64,000 bases of DNA from Bacillota bacterium (GTDB taxonomy: Bacteria > Bacillota > Sulfobacillia > JAJZYS01 > JAJYTV01): positions 1,293 to 65,292 of the forward strand of contig JAJZAT010000002.1 in NCBI GenBank assembly GCA_021799275.1. Reading direction: 5' to 3'. This document shows, piece by piece, positions 1 to 9,419 of the stretch (its first letter is position 1; the number at the start of each line of letters is the position of its first letter). The notes below the pieces were generated by a model. It had not been told where the DNA came from. It searched no databases and was given only the letters and a program-made list of their open reading frames with translations. The position numbers and the translations under genes are program-made.

Positions 1-1923
1 CTGCGCGAGCTGCGATGCGATCCGCAGGTCCGTGTCAGGACCTTGCAGCAGGACGTCCGGGCCATGCTGCGGCAGGCCGCGGCGTGGAAGTCCCTGAGCG
101 GCCAGGACTCCCCGCCGCCCGAGCTGCCAGAGGCGGACCGGCTGCTCGAACTGGTCGAGGGCCTCAGGGCGCCGCTGCTCAAACTTTCGTCGATGCTCGG
201 TCCCCGGCTCCTGGAGGGCCGTTCGCTCGCGAGCCTCGGCGACCTGATCGCGGGGCTCGCGCGGGATCAGGTGACGCCGCATCGCCTGCCGGTCGCGCTG
301 ACGATCGGCGAGGAACTCGCAAGGCACGGGGCGCTCGACATCGCCCGCGAGATCATCGGGCGCAAGATCGCTCCGGCGATCTGGCCGCAGGCCTTCGAGT
401 TTCTCTGGCTGCAGGCGTGCCTCAACCAGGCGAAAGCCGAGGAGCCGGAACTGAGCGGGCTCTACGGGCGCGATCTCGACCGCCTGCGCCGGAGCCTTCT
501 GGACCTCGAGCGGGAGGAGATGAAGGCGGCCGCCGGAGCGGTGGCGCTCGGCCAGCGTCGGCGCGCGGCGCTGGCCGTGGCGGAGCATCCCGAGCAGGCC
601 CGGCTCCTGCGCGAAGAGGCGTCTCGCGCGGATATGCCACTGACAGCCCTGCTCGCGGCGGCGCCCGACGTGCTCCTTGCCCTCTTCCCGTGCTGGCTCG
701 CGAGCCCCTGGGCCGTGAGCCAGATCGTGGACGGCGAGCGCCGCCCGTTCGACGTCGTGCTCTGCGACGAGGCGGGGCAACTGCCGCTGGAGCCCACGCT
801 CGGGGCGATCAGCCGGGGCTCCCGGCTGGTGCTCGCGGGAGACAGGCGCCAGCTGCCGCCCACTGGCACGGCGGGTCCCATGCGCAGCCTCATGGAAGCC
901 TGCGCCTTCCTGCCGAGCTACCGGCTCGGCTGGCACTACCGCAGCCTCGACGAGGCCCTCTTCGCGTTCGCGGACCGAAACGTCTACGATGGCGCCGTCC
1001 GCACCTTTCCGGGCCGCCTTGGCCACGGCGCGGGCCTCAGGCACGTCCTGCTGGCGGGGCCGAGCGGCGCGGAGCGCCGGGATGCCCCGATGCAGGACCT
1101 CGCGCCGCTCCTGGACCTCGTCCTGCGGCAGGCCGAGGCCCATCCGGACGAGTCGCTCGGGGTGGTCGCGCTGACGCCGGCGCAAGCGAGGCGCATCGAA
1201 GCCGCCCTCTACGAACGGCTGCAGGCCAGGCCGGACCTCCAGCCCTTCTTCAGCCAGGGTCGGCCCGAGCGCTTCTTCGTCAAGCCTGTGGATCTCGTCC
1301 AGGGCGATGAGCGCGACGGCGTGATCCTGGCGATCGGCATCGACGATCCCGCGCAGGAGTTCGCGCTGCTCTGGGGACCGACCGGCCTCGGCCGCCTCAA
1401 CGTCGCCACCACCCGCGCCAGGCGGCGCATGACAGTCGCCTCGCGGCTGCGGCGCGAGGATGTCCCCGACATCGGGCCAGGCAGCGGCGTGGCGCTCCTG
1501 CGGGAGTTGCTGCAGTTCGTCGAGATGCGCCACGAAGGCGCCATGGCGGCGGAGCTGACGGACGAGCCGGTGAATCCCCTCGAGGAGGAGCTCGCGTTCT
1601 TTCCCGAGCAGGTCTACTTCGCGCTGCGCGACCAGGGCCTCGACGTGGTGCCGCAGTATGGCGCCATGCGCCACCTGGTGGACCTCGCGGTGCGCCACCC
1701 CGAGCGTCCCGGGGAGTATATCCTGGCCATCGCCTGCGACGCCCAGGAGCGCCACGCGGCGCCGACCCGGCGCGACGACGACAGACAGCGCCAGCTCGAG
1801 CGGCTCGGCTGGCGCCTGCACAGGACGTGGGCCGGGGATTGGGCGGCGGACCGCGAGGGCGAGATCGCGCGGGTACTCGAGGCTTACCGCGCCGCCGCGC
1901 GCCAGGCAGCGGACAGGAGCTAG
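1..1923 (+). CDS. Superfamily 1 (Upf1/DNA2-like) helicase C-terminal region fused to a DUF559 restriction-endonuclease-like domain (DUF4011-family architecture); 5' partial, runs off window start
   Basis: Frame 1 is open from nt 1; the track's first start at 43 is TTG. Motifs: DEAGQ (helicase II), VLAGDRRQLPPT (III), LGWHYRS (IV), VKPVDLVQGDERDGVIL (V), GRLNVATTRARRRM (VI). The C-terminal ~110 aa (RHLVDLAV...ILAIACD...RQRQLERLGWRLHRTWAGDW) look like DUF559/Vsr-like PD-(D/E)XK. Confidence 0.8.
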   Translation: MRELRCDPQVRVRTLQQDVRAMLRQAAAWKSLSGQDSPPPELPEADRLLELVEGLRAPLLKLSSMLGPRLLEGRSLASLGDLIAGLARDQVTPHRLPVALTIGEELARHGALDIAREIIGRKIAPAIWPQAFEFLWLQACLNQAKAEEPELSGLYGRDLDRLRRSLLDLEREEMKAAAGAVALGQRRRAALAVAEHPEQARLLREEASRADMPLTALLAAAPDVLLALFPCWLASPWAVSQIVDGERRPFDVVLCDEAGQLPLEPTLGAISRGSRLVLAGDRRQLPPTGTAGPMRSLMEACAFLPSYRLGWHYRSLDEALFAFADRNVYDGAVRTFPGRLGHGAGLRHVLLAGPSGAERRDAPMQDLAPLLDLVLRQAEAHPDESLGVVALTPAQARRIEAALYERLQARPDLQPFFSQGRPERFFVKPVDLVQGDERDGVILAIGIDDPAQEFALLWGPTGLGRLNVATTRARRRMTVASRLRREDVPDIGPGSGVALLRELLQFVEMRHEGAMAAELTDEPVNPLEEELAFFPEQVYFALRDQGLDVVPQYGAMRHLVDLAVRHPERPGEYILAIACDAQERHAAPTRRDDDRQRQLERLGWRLHRTWAGDWAADREGEIARVLEAYRAAARQAADRS

Positions 1924-3344
1924 ACGGCGCCCCCCGGCACCATGATCGCGTCCACCATGCCGTGGATGATCTTCTTGTCCTGCGGGCAGATCGTCGCCAG
2001 CACCCCTCCGAGCTCGACACCGTCGCCCTGGCGGAAGTAGTACGGACAGAGCCGGACGCGGCCGGACATCGTCACGACCTCGCCCCGGCTGAAGTCGTAG
2101 TAGTCGTGGCCCAGAACCTTGGCCTTATGGTAGCGCTGCAGGATCCAGCGCGTGTGGGCGAACGCGCCGAGCGCCTCGTCCACCGCCGCCTGCCAGGCCT
2201 CCTGGGGGGTGTCCTCGCCGATGTGGACGCCGCGGCTGCCCCAGGCGATCTCGGAGAAGCCGGACGGCTTGAGGACCCAGTCGGCGCGCTCGCGCTTGCC
2301 CATCTCGCCTAGGCGCCGCAGGTCCTGGAGCGGGTGGCCGCAGGCCGTGAGGCCCGCCACCACCGCGTGCGGCGGTACGGGACGCGGGTCGATGAGGTAG
2401 GTCTCCGGAATCAGGGTTCTGAGGCGTGCGAGCCGCTCCGCACCCAGCTGGACGGTCCAGGTCGGCTCGAGCACCGGATGGTGCACGAGGGCGAACCAGA
2501 GCTTCTCCTCGAACTGCGGCCGGATCGGCGGCGTGATGCGGACGAGGTCCTTGCGCTGGGCGTAGAGGAAGAGGTCCGCCTTCGGCACGTTGCGCAGGTC
2601 GAAGAGCTCGAAGAAGCGATAGAGCACGTCGATCCGCCTGCCCTCGACGTAGAGCCCGTCCTCCTGGAAGAGGACGTCGCGCGGCGGCACGCAGTAGACC
2701 GCGTGGCCGCGCCCCCGCAAGGCCAGGGCGACATGCTCCATCTCGGGCCGGTAATCCTCGGACTCCTGCGAGACGACGATCGCCACGGTGGGGTCGTCCT
2801 TGCCCGCCGTGAGGGCCATGGCCCGCATGAAACCGTCCAGCACGCCGGTCGGACCACCGATGACGTCCTGGCCGAGCGCGGCATAGACGTCCTGCAGGGC
2901 CGCGAGCTCCCCGAACCCGCCCGGGACGGAGTCGATCTCGGTGGCGATGAAATCGTCGCCGGGGAGCAGGAGGAGATCCGGGCGGATAAAGGCCGGGAGC
3001 TGGCGTCGCAGCCGTTTCATCTGGCTGAAGCGCACCACGTCCTCCGGTTTGCCCATATCGAGGTACTCGGCGACGAAATGCAGCTCAGGGCGTTGCAAGG
3101 CCTGGTGATAGACTTCCTGCTGCGCCTGGGCGAACGCCCAGAGATCCTCCCCGATCTGCCGCAGGCGCTGCCGCTGCGAGTGGCCGAGCGGCATGACGCT
3201 CGTGCCGATCCGCCAGCTGACGCGCTGTCCGGGCGGTGCAGGGCGCCGCCGGCTCTGAAAGAGGTGCTCCTGCGCGAGCACATCCTCGAGCCAGGTCGCC
3301 TCCGTCGCCTGGGACAATAGACCGCCTCCCCGTCCTGTCGACAC
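1920..3344 (-). CDS. ATP-grasp-like enzyme of unknown function (glutathionylspermidine-synthase-like / RimK-like nucleotide-binding motif)
   Basis: 474-aa ORF with normal composition. WVLKPSGFSEIAWGSRGVHIG resembles the ATP-grasp K-P...G..G-V-I loop of RimK and GSP-synthase homologues. No confident family assignment. Overlaps the helicase stop by 4 nt (convergent). Confidence 0.5.
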   Translation of the reverse strand: MSTGRGGGLLSQATEATWLEDVLAQEHLFQSRRRPAPPGQRVSWRIGTSVMPLGHSQRQRLRQIGEDLWAFAQAQQEVYHQALQRPELHFVAEYLDMGKPEDVVRFSQMKRLRRQLPAFIRPDLLLLPGDDFIATEIDSVPGGFGELAALQDVYAALGQDVIGGPTGVLDGFMRAMALTAGKDDPTVAIVVSQESEDYRPEMEHVALALRGRGHAVYCVPPRDVLFQEDGLYVEGRRIDVLYRFFELFDLRNVPKADLFLYAQRKDLVRITPPIRPQFEEKLWFALVHHPVLEPTWTVQLGAERLARLRTLIPETYLIDPRPVPPHAVVAGLTACGHPLQDLRRLGEMGKRERADWVLKPSGFSEIAWGSRGVHIGEDTPQEAWQAAVDEALGAFAHTRWILQRYHKAKVLGHDYYDFSRGEVVTMSGRVRLCPYYFRQGDGVELGGVLATICPQDKKIIHGMVDAIMVPGGAV

Positions 3345-3357
3345 TTGCCTAAAGAGA

Positions 3358-3420
3358 AGGGCGCCACCGCTGGCGCGGGGACGCCCTGGCTTACCTTAGG
3401 TTAGCGCATGAACGCGATCG
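3358..3420 (-). terminator. Possible intrinsic terminator after the aldehyde dehydrogenase gene
   Basis: On the minus strand, a GGGCG...CGCCC stem is followed by TTCTCTTT immediately 3' of the stop. Confidence 0.3.
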
Positions 3421-3432
3421 ACACAATGCGAC

Positions 3433-4911
3433 TCAGGCGTCGATCTGCGCCCTCTGCAGCTGGCCGCTGAAGTCGACGTAGACGGACTTCCACTCGCTGA
3501 AGAAGTCGAGCGCAGCGACGCCCGCCTCGCGGTGCCCGTTGCCGGTGCCCTTGACGCCGCCGAAGGGCAGGTGGATCTCCGCGCCGGTCGTGCCGGCGTT
3601 GACGTAGAGGAGGCCGCTCTCGAGGTCGCGGATGGCGCGGAAGACGCGGTTGACGTCCTGCGTGAAGATCGAGGAGCTGAGGCCGTAGGTGACGCCGTTG
3701 TTGACGGCGATGGCCTCGTCGAAGTCCTTGACCTTGATCACGGACAGCACCGGTCCGAAGATCTCCTCCTTGGCGATGCGCATGTCGGGGCGCACGCCGG
3801 TGAAGAGCGTCGGGCGGTAGAAGCTGCCCTTGGCCAGCTCACCCTCGGTGGCGATGCCGCCGCCCACCACCATCTGCGCGCCTTCGGCCTTGCCGATCTC
3901 GACGTAGCGGTCGATGGACTGCGCCGCGCCTTGGTTGATCACGGGACCGACATCGGTCGTTTCCAGAAGGCCGTCGCCGAGGCGCAGGGTCTTGACGCGC
4001 GCAACCAGGCGCTCCACGAGCTCGTCGTGGATGGCCTCGTGCGCGATGACGCGCGAGCAGGCGGTGCAGCGCTGGCCCGATGTGCCGTAGGCGCTCCAGA
4101 TGATGCCGTCCAGGGCGAGATCGAGGTTCGCGTCGTCCATGACGATGACGGCGTTCTTGCCGCCCAGCTCGAGCGAGACGCGCTTGAGGCCCTTGCCGGC
4201 CTCCTGCGCGACGTGGCGGCCGACCTCGTTCGAACCGGTGAACGAGATGAGGCGCACGCGGTCGTCCTGGAGGAGCACCTCGCCGGCTACGGAGCCGGAG
4301 CCGAACACGAGGTTCATGACGCCCGGCGGCAGGCCCGCCTCCTCGAAGATCTTGACGAGCTCGAGGGCCAGCATCGGCGTGTCGGTCGCGGGCTTGAAGA
4401 CGACGGTGTTGCCGAGCACGATCGCCGGGAACGTCTTCCAGGTCGGGATCGCCATCGGGAAGTTCCACGGCGTGATGATGCCGGCGACGCCGATCGGGTC
4501 GCGCACGGCCATCGCAAACTTGTTCGGCAGCTCGGACGGCGTCGTGTGGCCGAAGGCGCGCCGGCCCTCGCCGGCCATGTAGAAGGCCATGTCGATGCCT
4601 TCCTGGACATCGCCGCGCGCTTCGACGAGCACCTTGCCCATCTCGCGCGTCATCTTGCGCGCCAGGTCCTCCTTGCGCTCGCGCAGGAGCGTGCCGACGC
4701 GGAACATGATCTCGGCCCGCTTCGGCGCCGGAACCTTGCGCCAGTGTTCGAACGTCTTGTGCGCGACGTCGATCGCGTGCTGCACATCGGCCGCCGACGA
4801 CTGCGGCACGCTGGCGATGACCTCGCCCGTGGCCGGGTTCACGTCGTCGATGCGCCGGTTGCCCTCCGCGTCTACCCACTTGCCGCCAATGTAATTGCGC
4901 AGTTCGACCAT
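3433..4911 (-). CDS. NAD(P)-dependent aldehyde dehydrogenase
   Basis: MVELRNYIGGKWV N-terminus, GSNEVG..ELGGKNA, catalytic-Cys region CTACSRV, and the EEIFGPV motif. I chose the ATG at 4911; the track ORF extends to 4965 through an Arg-rich, non-coding-looking extension. Confidence 0.85.
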   Translation of the reverse strand: MVELRNYIGGKWVDAEGNRRIDDVNPATGEVIASVPQSSAADVQHAIDVAHKTFEHWRKVPAPKRAEIMFRVGTLLRERKEDLARKMTREMGKVLVEARGDVQEGIDMAFYMAGEGRRAFGHTTPSELPNKFAMAVRDPIGVAGIITPWNFPMAIPTWKTFPAIVLGNTVVFKPATDTPMLALELVKIFEEAGLPPGVMNLVFGSGSVAGEVLLQDDRVRLISFTGSNEVGRHVAQEAGKGLKRVSLELGGKNAVIVMDDANLDLALDGIIWSAYGTSGQRCTACSRVIAHEAIHDELVERLVARVKTLRLGDGLLETTDVGPVINQGAAQSIDRYVEIGKAEGAQMVVGGGIATEGELAKGSFYRPTLFTGVRPDMRIAKEEIFGPVLSVIKVKDFDEAIAVNNGVTYGLSSSIFTQDVNRVFRAIRDLESGLLYVNAGTTGAEIHLPFGGVKGTGNGHREAGVAALDFFSEWKSVYVDFSGQLQRAQIDA

Positions 4912-4996
4912 GTTCGCCGGGCTTCTCGGACCGCATCGCGGGATGCGGCCCTCCCGGACTCCCACCTTTCCACGAATGATTTGCGACCGGCCGCGC

Positions 4997-5191
4997 TCAG
5001 TCGTCCGTCTTCCCGCCGCTCCAGGGGTCGGTTTCGTAAACGGTCAGAAGGAAGCCGTCACCTTGGCGCGCGACGCCGAAGATGAGGCCACGCCGTTTGA
5101 GCGCGCGATTGAGAAACGTCACCAGGACGTGCGGCTCGATGGGATCGTCCAGTTCGGTCCTGGCGATCTCCGGCAAACTTTGCGGGCTCAT
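4997..5191 (-). CDS. Hypothetical small protein (64 aa)
   Basis: Intergenic ORF with about 80% G/C at codon third positions and balanced amino-acid composition, not Arg-rich antisense noise. No recognisable family. Confidence 0.35.
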   Translation of the reverse strand: MSPQSLPEIARTELDDPIEPHVLVTFLNRALKRRGLIFGVARQGDGFLLTVYETDPWSGGKTDD

Positions 5192-5403
5192 GCGGCGATG
5201 GCGCCGACGACCATGCGCTCAACCTCCAATAGCGAGCATAGGTGGACGGACGGCGGCGGTCAACGGCCGAGCAGGCAGGCTCTCCCTCCGCTGTCCCTGC
5301 AGAACGGCTTGCCGCTTCAAGCTCCGGCTGGTGTTCGCACCGCGAACTGGGCGACATAACGCGACGCCCGCGTGACAAAACTAGCATCGGGAGGTGACGT
5401 GGC

Positions 5404-5619
5404 TTGGCGCAGTGGACAAAGGGACCGGCGTTGCCGCGCGAGCAGCTCGACCGCTTCAAGTTCGAGATCGCCGAAGATCTCGGCATCCCGCTTACGAAGG
5501 GATACAACGGCGACATGACGACGCGCGAGGCCGGCCGCATCGGGGGACGGATCGGCGGCAACATGGTCAAGGTGATGATCCGCATGGCCGAGGAGGCCAT
5601 GGCGCGCGGCGAGGGCTAG
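5404..5619 (+). CDS. ssp: Alpha/beta-type small acid-soluble spore protein (SASP)
   Basis: RFKFEIAEDLGIPLTKGYNGDMTTREAGRIGGRIGGNMVKVMIRMAEE matches the conserved KxEIAxEfGv...G..T.R.nGsvGG.itkrlV SASP core. TTG start at 5404 with SD GGGAGGTG 7 nt upstream. Confidence 0.85.
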   Translation: MAQWTKGPALPREQLDRFKFEIAEDLGIPLTKGYNGDMTTREAGRIGGRIGGNMVKVMIRMAEEAMARGEG

Positions 5620-5632
5620 CTCTTTTATCGTT

Positions 5633-5665
5633 GGCCGGCGGGGTTCCCCGCCGGCTTCTTCATGG
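5633..5665 (+). terminator. Intrinsic terminator of the SASP gene
   Basis: Perfect 10-bp GC stem (GCCGGCGGGG tt CCCCGCCGGC) followed by TTCTTCAT, 14 nt after the stop. Confidence 0.6.
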
Positions 5666-5782
5666 CTTCTAAGCTCCGGGGTGCCAACCCGAGAAAAAAT
5701 TAACGCTGGTCGAAGAGACGTCCAATGGATGCCGGGGATACTCGGGAGAGGTCGGACGATCCGACCGGAAAGGGGCATTGCG

Positions 5783-6463
5783 ATGCAAAGAAAGCATCTT
5801 CTGATCGGCGCCCTGATCGGCGTGCCGATCCTGCTTGGCGGTGGCGCCATGGCGTTCGCGGCTTCGGGGGGAACCGCGGGCTCGCCGGCTCAGACGTTCA
5901 TCGCGGACGTCGCGAGCCATCTCGGCATCTCCACGGGCACGCTCGAGAGCGCCATGCAGCAGGCGCGGCTCGATCAGGTCCAGCAGATGCTGAGCCAGGG
6001 CAAAATCACGTCGGCTCAGGCGACGCAGATGGAGAACGTGATCAAGTCGGGCAAGCTCGGCTTCGGCCGGGGCTTCGGCGGCGGCATGCACGGGCGAGAT
6101 GGGCGGATGATGGGCGGCGGCCCCGGCGCGCTGCAGGCGGCGGCCAGCTACCTCGGCCTGACGCCGGCGCAGCTGCGCAGCGACCTCGGGGCCGGCAAGT
6201 CGCTGTCCGACATCGCGTCCTCGACCAGCGGCAAGACCTTGCAGGGGCTTGAGGCCGCCATCACGACCGCCATGCAGCAAGAGCTCCAGAAGGCGGTCAG
6301 CGCCGGCAAGCTGACGCAGTCCCAGGCGAGCGCACGCCAGCAGCAGGTGCAGACCCTCGTGCAGCAGTTCGTGATGCGCAAGGGTGGCGCCCTGGGGCAT
6401 GGTCCGTGGGGCCCGCCGCCAGGCGCGGGGCAGCCGCAAGGTACGCCACCGGCCACCAACTAG
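5783..6463 (+). CDS. Secreted Gln/Ser/Ala-rich protein with internal duplication, unknown function
   Basis: ATG at 5783 with SD GGAAAGGGG 7 nt upstream. Signal peptide MQRKHLLIGALIGVPILLGGGAMAFAASGG. Two related halves (LGISTGTLESAMQQ...ITSAQATQMENVIKSGK versus LGLTPAQLRSDLGAGKSL...LTQSQASARQQQVQTLVQQFV), then a GPPPGAGQPQG tail. Confidence 0.6.
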   Translation: MQRKHLLIGALIGVPILLGGGAMAFAASGGTAGSPAQTFIADVASHLGISTGTLESAMQQARLDQVQQMLSQGKITSAQATQMENVIKSGKLGFGRGFGGGMHGRDGRMMGGGPGALQAAASYLGLTPAQLRSDLGAGKSLSDIASSTSGKTLQGLEAAITTAMQQELQKAVSAGKLTQSQASARQQQVQTLVQQFVMRKGGALGHGPWGPPPGAGQPQGTPPATN

Positions 6464-6526
6464 GCCTTCCCCAGCACCGACCGCCCCGCAGGCCTGATTC
6501 TGCGGGGCGGTTTCGTGCTCTCCCGG

Positions 6527-9406
6527 CTAGGCGTCCTCGCCCGGTGCGATGTCCGCGTCCGGCGGCAGGACATAGGCCTGGGCAACCGGTCGCAAGGGGC
6601 GCAGCAGCCAGCGCGGGCGGCGCAGTCCCTGCGCGCCGGCGGGCTTTGCCAGCCTTAGCCAGTCCCTGTAGACGGCGTGCGATTGCGCAAGGTCGACCTC
6701 GATGTCGCCGAAGGCGTCCCCCGGCTCGGCCTTCGTCACCGTGACCGCCTGATGCCACGCGTGGGCACCGGAGACGGGATCCGGGTGGACCGGGAAGATG
6801 AGGTTCTGGTGCACGCCGGAGTCCTGCCACCAGGCGTGTTCGCCGTCGCCTTGGCGGCCCGGTCCCCTCCCGCCTTCGCCGACGCGCCGCATCCGCCACT
6901 TGCCCGGCGACGTCTCCTCGAGCGATACGGTCGAGGAGGTCCAGGCGCCCGGGGCGCCGGTCGGGAGCCGCCACCGGCCGAGATGGTGCGAGCAGGCGAC
7001 GACGCCCGGCCGCATGCCTTCCGTGATCCAGACGCGGTTGACGAAGAAGCCGATCTTCGAGCGCACGCGCACGAGATCGCCGCGCTCGAGGCCGAGGCGC
7101 GCGGCATCCCCCGGGTGCATCCAGACCGGGTTGCCGTGCGCGATCTCGTTCAGCCACTTGGCGTTGCCGGAGCGGGTGTGCACGAGCGTCGGCAGGCGGA
7201 AGGTCGAGATCAGCACGAACTGCCCTTCGGCGAGGTTCTGCCGTCGCACGTGGCTCGGAATGTAGGTCGGGATGGCGTAGATGCCCCAGCCCCACGCCTT
7301 GAGCGTCGGCGAGTAGAATTCGAGCCTGCCCGAGGGCGTCGGGAAGCCGCGCACCGCCCTTTTGCCCACCATCACCCCGATCGGCCGGCCGAGGGGGCCT
7401 GGCTCGGGCGTGGGCAAGGGCTTCACGTCGAGGCGCGGCGGTGGCGCCGCCGCCGTGTAGACCCGCCCCGTCGCCTCGTCCACCGTGGCGTCGCGGAGTT
7501 CCTCCGGCGGCACCGGTTCGAGATGCTGGGCGAACGCGTCCCGGCGCACGACGAAGGCCGAGTAGCGGCGCATGTACTGCATCGGCGTCAGCCCTTCGCT
7601 GGCCGCCGCCTCGGGCAGGCCGGGCACGCTGTGCTCGAAGATCCAGCTGTAGTACTCCTCGACCGTGATCTTCTCGCCCGGTCTCCCCGGCGACTCGAAG
7701 TTGCGCCGGATGCCCATCGTGCCGTCCGGGTCGATGCGCCAGGAGAGCTCGATCCAGAACTCGTTCTCCTCCCAGACCTCGCCCGGGTTGGTCTCGTAGG
7801 TGAGGGCCGACGGCTCGCCGATCCGCTCGCTGTAGGCGCGGCCCACCGGCTGGCGGAAGGCGATCCACTGCTGGCCGTGCGTCTCGTAGGAGATGAGGTC
7901 GTGGCGCTCTGGCCCAAGGCCCATCGGCAGGACGTAGTCGGCGAACTGCGCCGTCTCGCTCCACGTCGGGCTGAGGCAGACGTGGAGGCCCACCTTGCGC
8001 TCGTCCTTGAACTGCTCGACCCAGGTCAGGCCGTCCGGGTTCGTCCAGACGGGGTTGTAGACGCGGGAGAAGTAGACGTCGAGCCGTCCTCTGCCCTCCT
8101 TGAGGAAGTGCGGCAGGAGGAAGCTCATCTCGTTGTGTGCCAGAGGGTACTCGCGCGGCCAGGTGAGCTCGTTCCAGCCCTTCACGGGCGGTGGCTCGAC
8201 CGGCGGGTGCGGCACGTACTTCGCCCAGGCGTTCGGCAGGGTGCCTCCCTCGGTGCCGACGGAACCGGTCAAGACGTTCAGGAAGAAGAGGGCGCGCGCC
8301 ACCATCCAGCCGCCCAGGTTGCCCGCGGCGGCGGAGCGCCAGACGTGGGCGGCGAAGCGGCTGCCGGCGCGGCCGATCTCCCGTGCGACCTCGCGGATCT
8401 GCCCTGCCGCGACACCGCTCTCGCTTTCCGCGAACTCGGGCGTGTAGCGGGCGTAGGTCTCTTTCAGGATCTCGAGGAAGCGCTCGAAGGAGGGCGGCTC
8501 CTGCGGGTGTTCCTCGCCGAGGTACTCCCGCCAGTTGACCCAGTCCTCGAGGAAGGGGCGGTCGTAGAGATCCTCCTGCAGCAGGATGTTCGCGATGGCG
8601 AGCAGGATGGCGGCCTCGGAACCCGGCCAGGCCGGCCACCACCAGTTGCCGTGCGACGCCGTGTTGGAGAGGCGCGGATCGATCACGAGGATCTTCGCGC
8701 CGTGCATCTTGGCCTCGATGATGCGCTGGGCATGCGGATTGAAGTAATGGCCGCTCTCGAGATGCGAGGAGAGCAGCAGGATGAAGCGGGCGTTCGCGAA
8801 GTCCGGCGCCGGCCGGTCGATGCCCATCCAGAACGCGTAGCCGGTGCGTGCGCCGGAGGAGCAGATGTTGGTGTGGCTGTTGTGTCCGTCGACGCCCCAG
8901 GCGGCCAGCACGCGCTCGGTGAAGCCGTCCTCGCCCGGGCGTCCGACATGGTACATGATCTCCTGGTTGCGGCCATCCTGGAGGGCCCTGCGCACGCGCC
9001 CGGCGATGTCGTCGAGCGCCTCGTCCCAGGAGACGCGCTCCCACTCCCCGGATCCACGCTCGCCTTTGCGGCGCAGCGGGTGGAGGATGCGATCGGGGTC
9101 CTTGACCTGGTTGATCGTCGCTGGTCCCTTGGCGCAGTTGCGCCCGCGGCTCGCGGGATGCGCGGGGTTGCCGACGAACTTCGCGATCTCGCGCGTCTCT
9201 TTGTCGACGTACGCCAGAAGGCCGCACGCCGCCTCGCAATTGAAGCAGATGGTCGGCACGAGGGCGTAGTGGCGCTCCACCTTTTTCGGCCATGCCTTCG
9301 CGTCGTACTCGACGTGGTCGTCCCAGCGCTCGGGCGAGGGATAGGCCTCTAGCCCGCTCGTCTGCTGCCCGCCGAAGGACGGCTCCCAGACGTGACTTTC
9401 CGACAT
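6527..9406 (-). CDS. Molybdopterin (bis-MGD) oxidoreductase catalytic subunit, MopB/CISM superfamily, no Tat signal
   Basis: 959 aa. N-terminal CFNCEAACGLLAYVD...NCAKG 4Fe-4S cysteine cluster typical of MopB enzymes, and WPAWPGSEAAILLAIANILL. Strong SD GAGGAGG 7 nt upstream of the ATG. No RRxF twin-arginine motif, and there is no in-frame TGA, so no selenocysteine. Confidence 0.8.
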   Translation of the reverse strand: MSESHVWEPSFGGQQTSGLEAYPSPERWDDHVEYDAKAWPKKVERHYALVPTICFNCEAACGLLAYVDKETREIAKFVGNPAHPASRGRNCAKGPATINQVKDPDRILHPLRRKGERGSGEWERVSWDEALDDIAGRVRRALQDGRNQEIMYHVGRPGEDGFTERVLAAWGVDGHNSHTNICSSGARTGYAFWMGIDRPAPDFANARFILLLSSHLESGHYFNPHAQRIIEAKMHGAKILVIDPRLSNTASHGNWWWPAWPGSEAAILLAIANILLQEDLYDRPFLEDWVNWREYLGEEHPQEPPSFERFLEILKETYARYTPEFAESESGVAAGQIREVAREIGRAGSRFAAHVWRSAAAGNLGGWMVARALFFLNVLTGSVGTEGGTLPNAWAKYVPHPPVEPPPVKGWNELTWPREYPLAHNEMSFLLPHFLKEGRGRLDVYFSRVYNPVWTNPDGLTWVEQFKDERKVGLHVCLSPTWSETAQFADYVLPMGLGPERHDLISYETHGQQWIAFRQPVGRAYSERIGEPSALTYETNPGEVWEENEFWIELSWRIDPDGTMGIRRNFESPGRPGEKITVEEYYSWIFEHSVPGLPEAAASEGLTPMQYMRRYSAFVVRRDAFAQHLEPVPPEELRDATVDEATGRVYTAAAPPPRLDVKPLPTPEPGPLGRPIGVMVGKRAVRGFPTPSGRLEFYSPTLKAWGWGIYAIPTYIPSHVRRQNLAEGQFVLISTFRLPTLVHTRSGNAKWLNEIAHGNPVWMHPGDAARLGLERGDLVRVRSKIGFFVNRVWITEGMRPGVVACSHHLGRWRLPTGAPGAWTSSTVSLEETSPGKWRMRRVGEGGRGPGRQGDGEHAWWQDSGVHQNLIFPVHPDPVSGAHAWHQAVTVTKAEPGDAFGDIEVDLAQSHAVYRDWLRLAKPAGAQGLRRPRWLLRPLRPVAQAYVLPPDADIAPGEDA

Positions 9407-9419
9407 GTCGTCGCCTCCT

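Noticed and set aside
15-1310. 431-aa frame-3 ORF overlapping the helicase gene
   Set aside because: Arg/Pro/Gly/Ala-rich low-complexity translation typical of off-frame reading of 70%-GC coding DNA. The same DNA encodes conserved helicase motifs in frame 1.
5340-5403. Sigma-G promoter call upstream of the SASP gene
   Set aside because: Best candidate (ACATA-17-CAAAACTA) matches the GHATR/CATNNTA consensus poorly, so it is not reported as a feature.
6297-9293. 998-aa minus-strand ORF and 891-aa plus-strand ORF (6677..9352) across the molybdoenzyme gene
   Set aside because: Alternative frame and antisense of the MopB catalytic gene. Arg-rich with no motifs.
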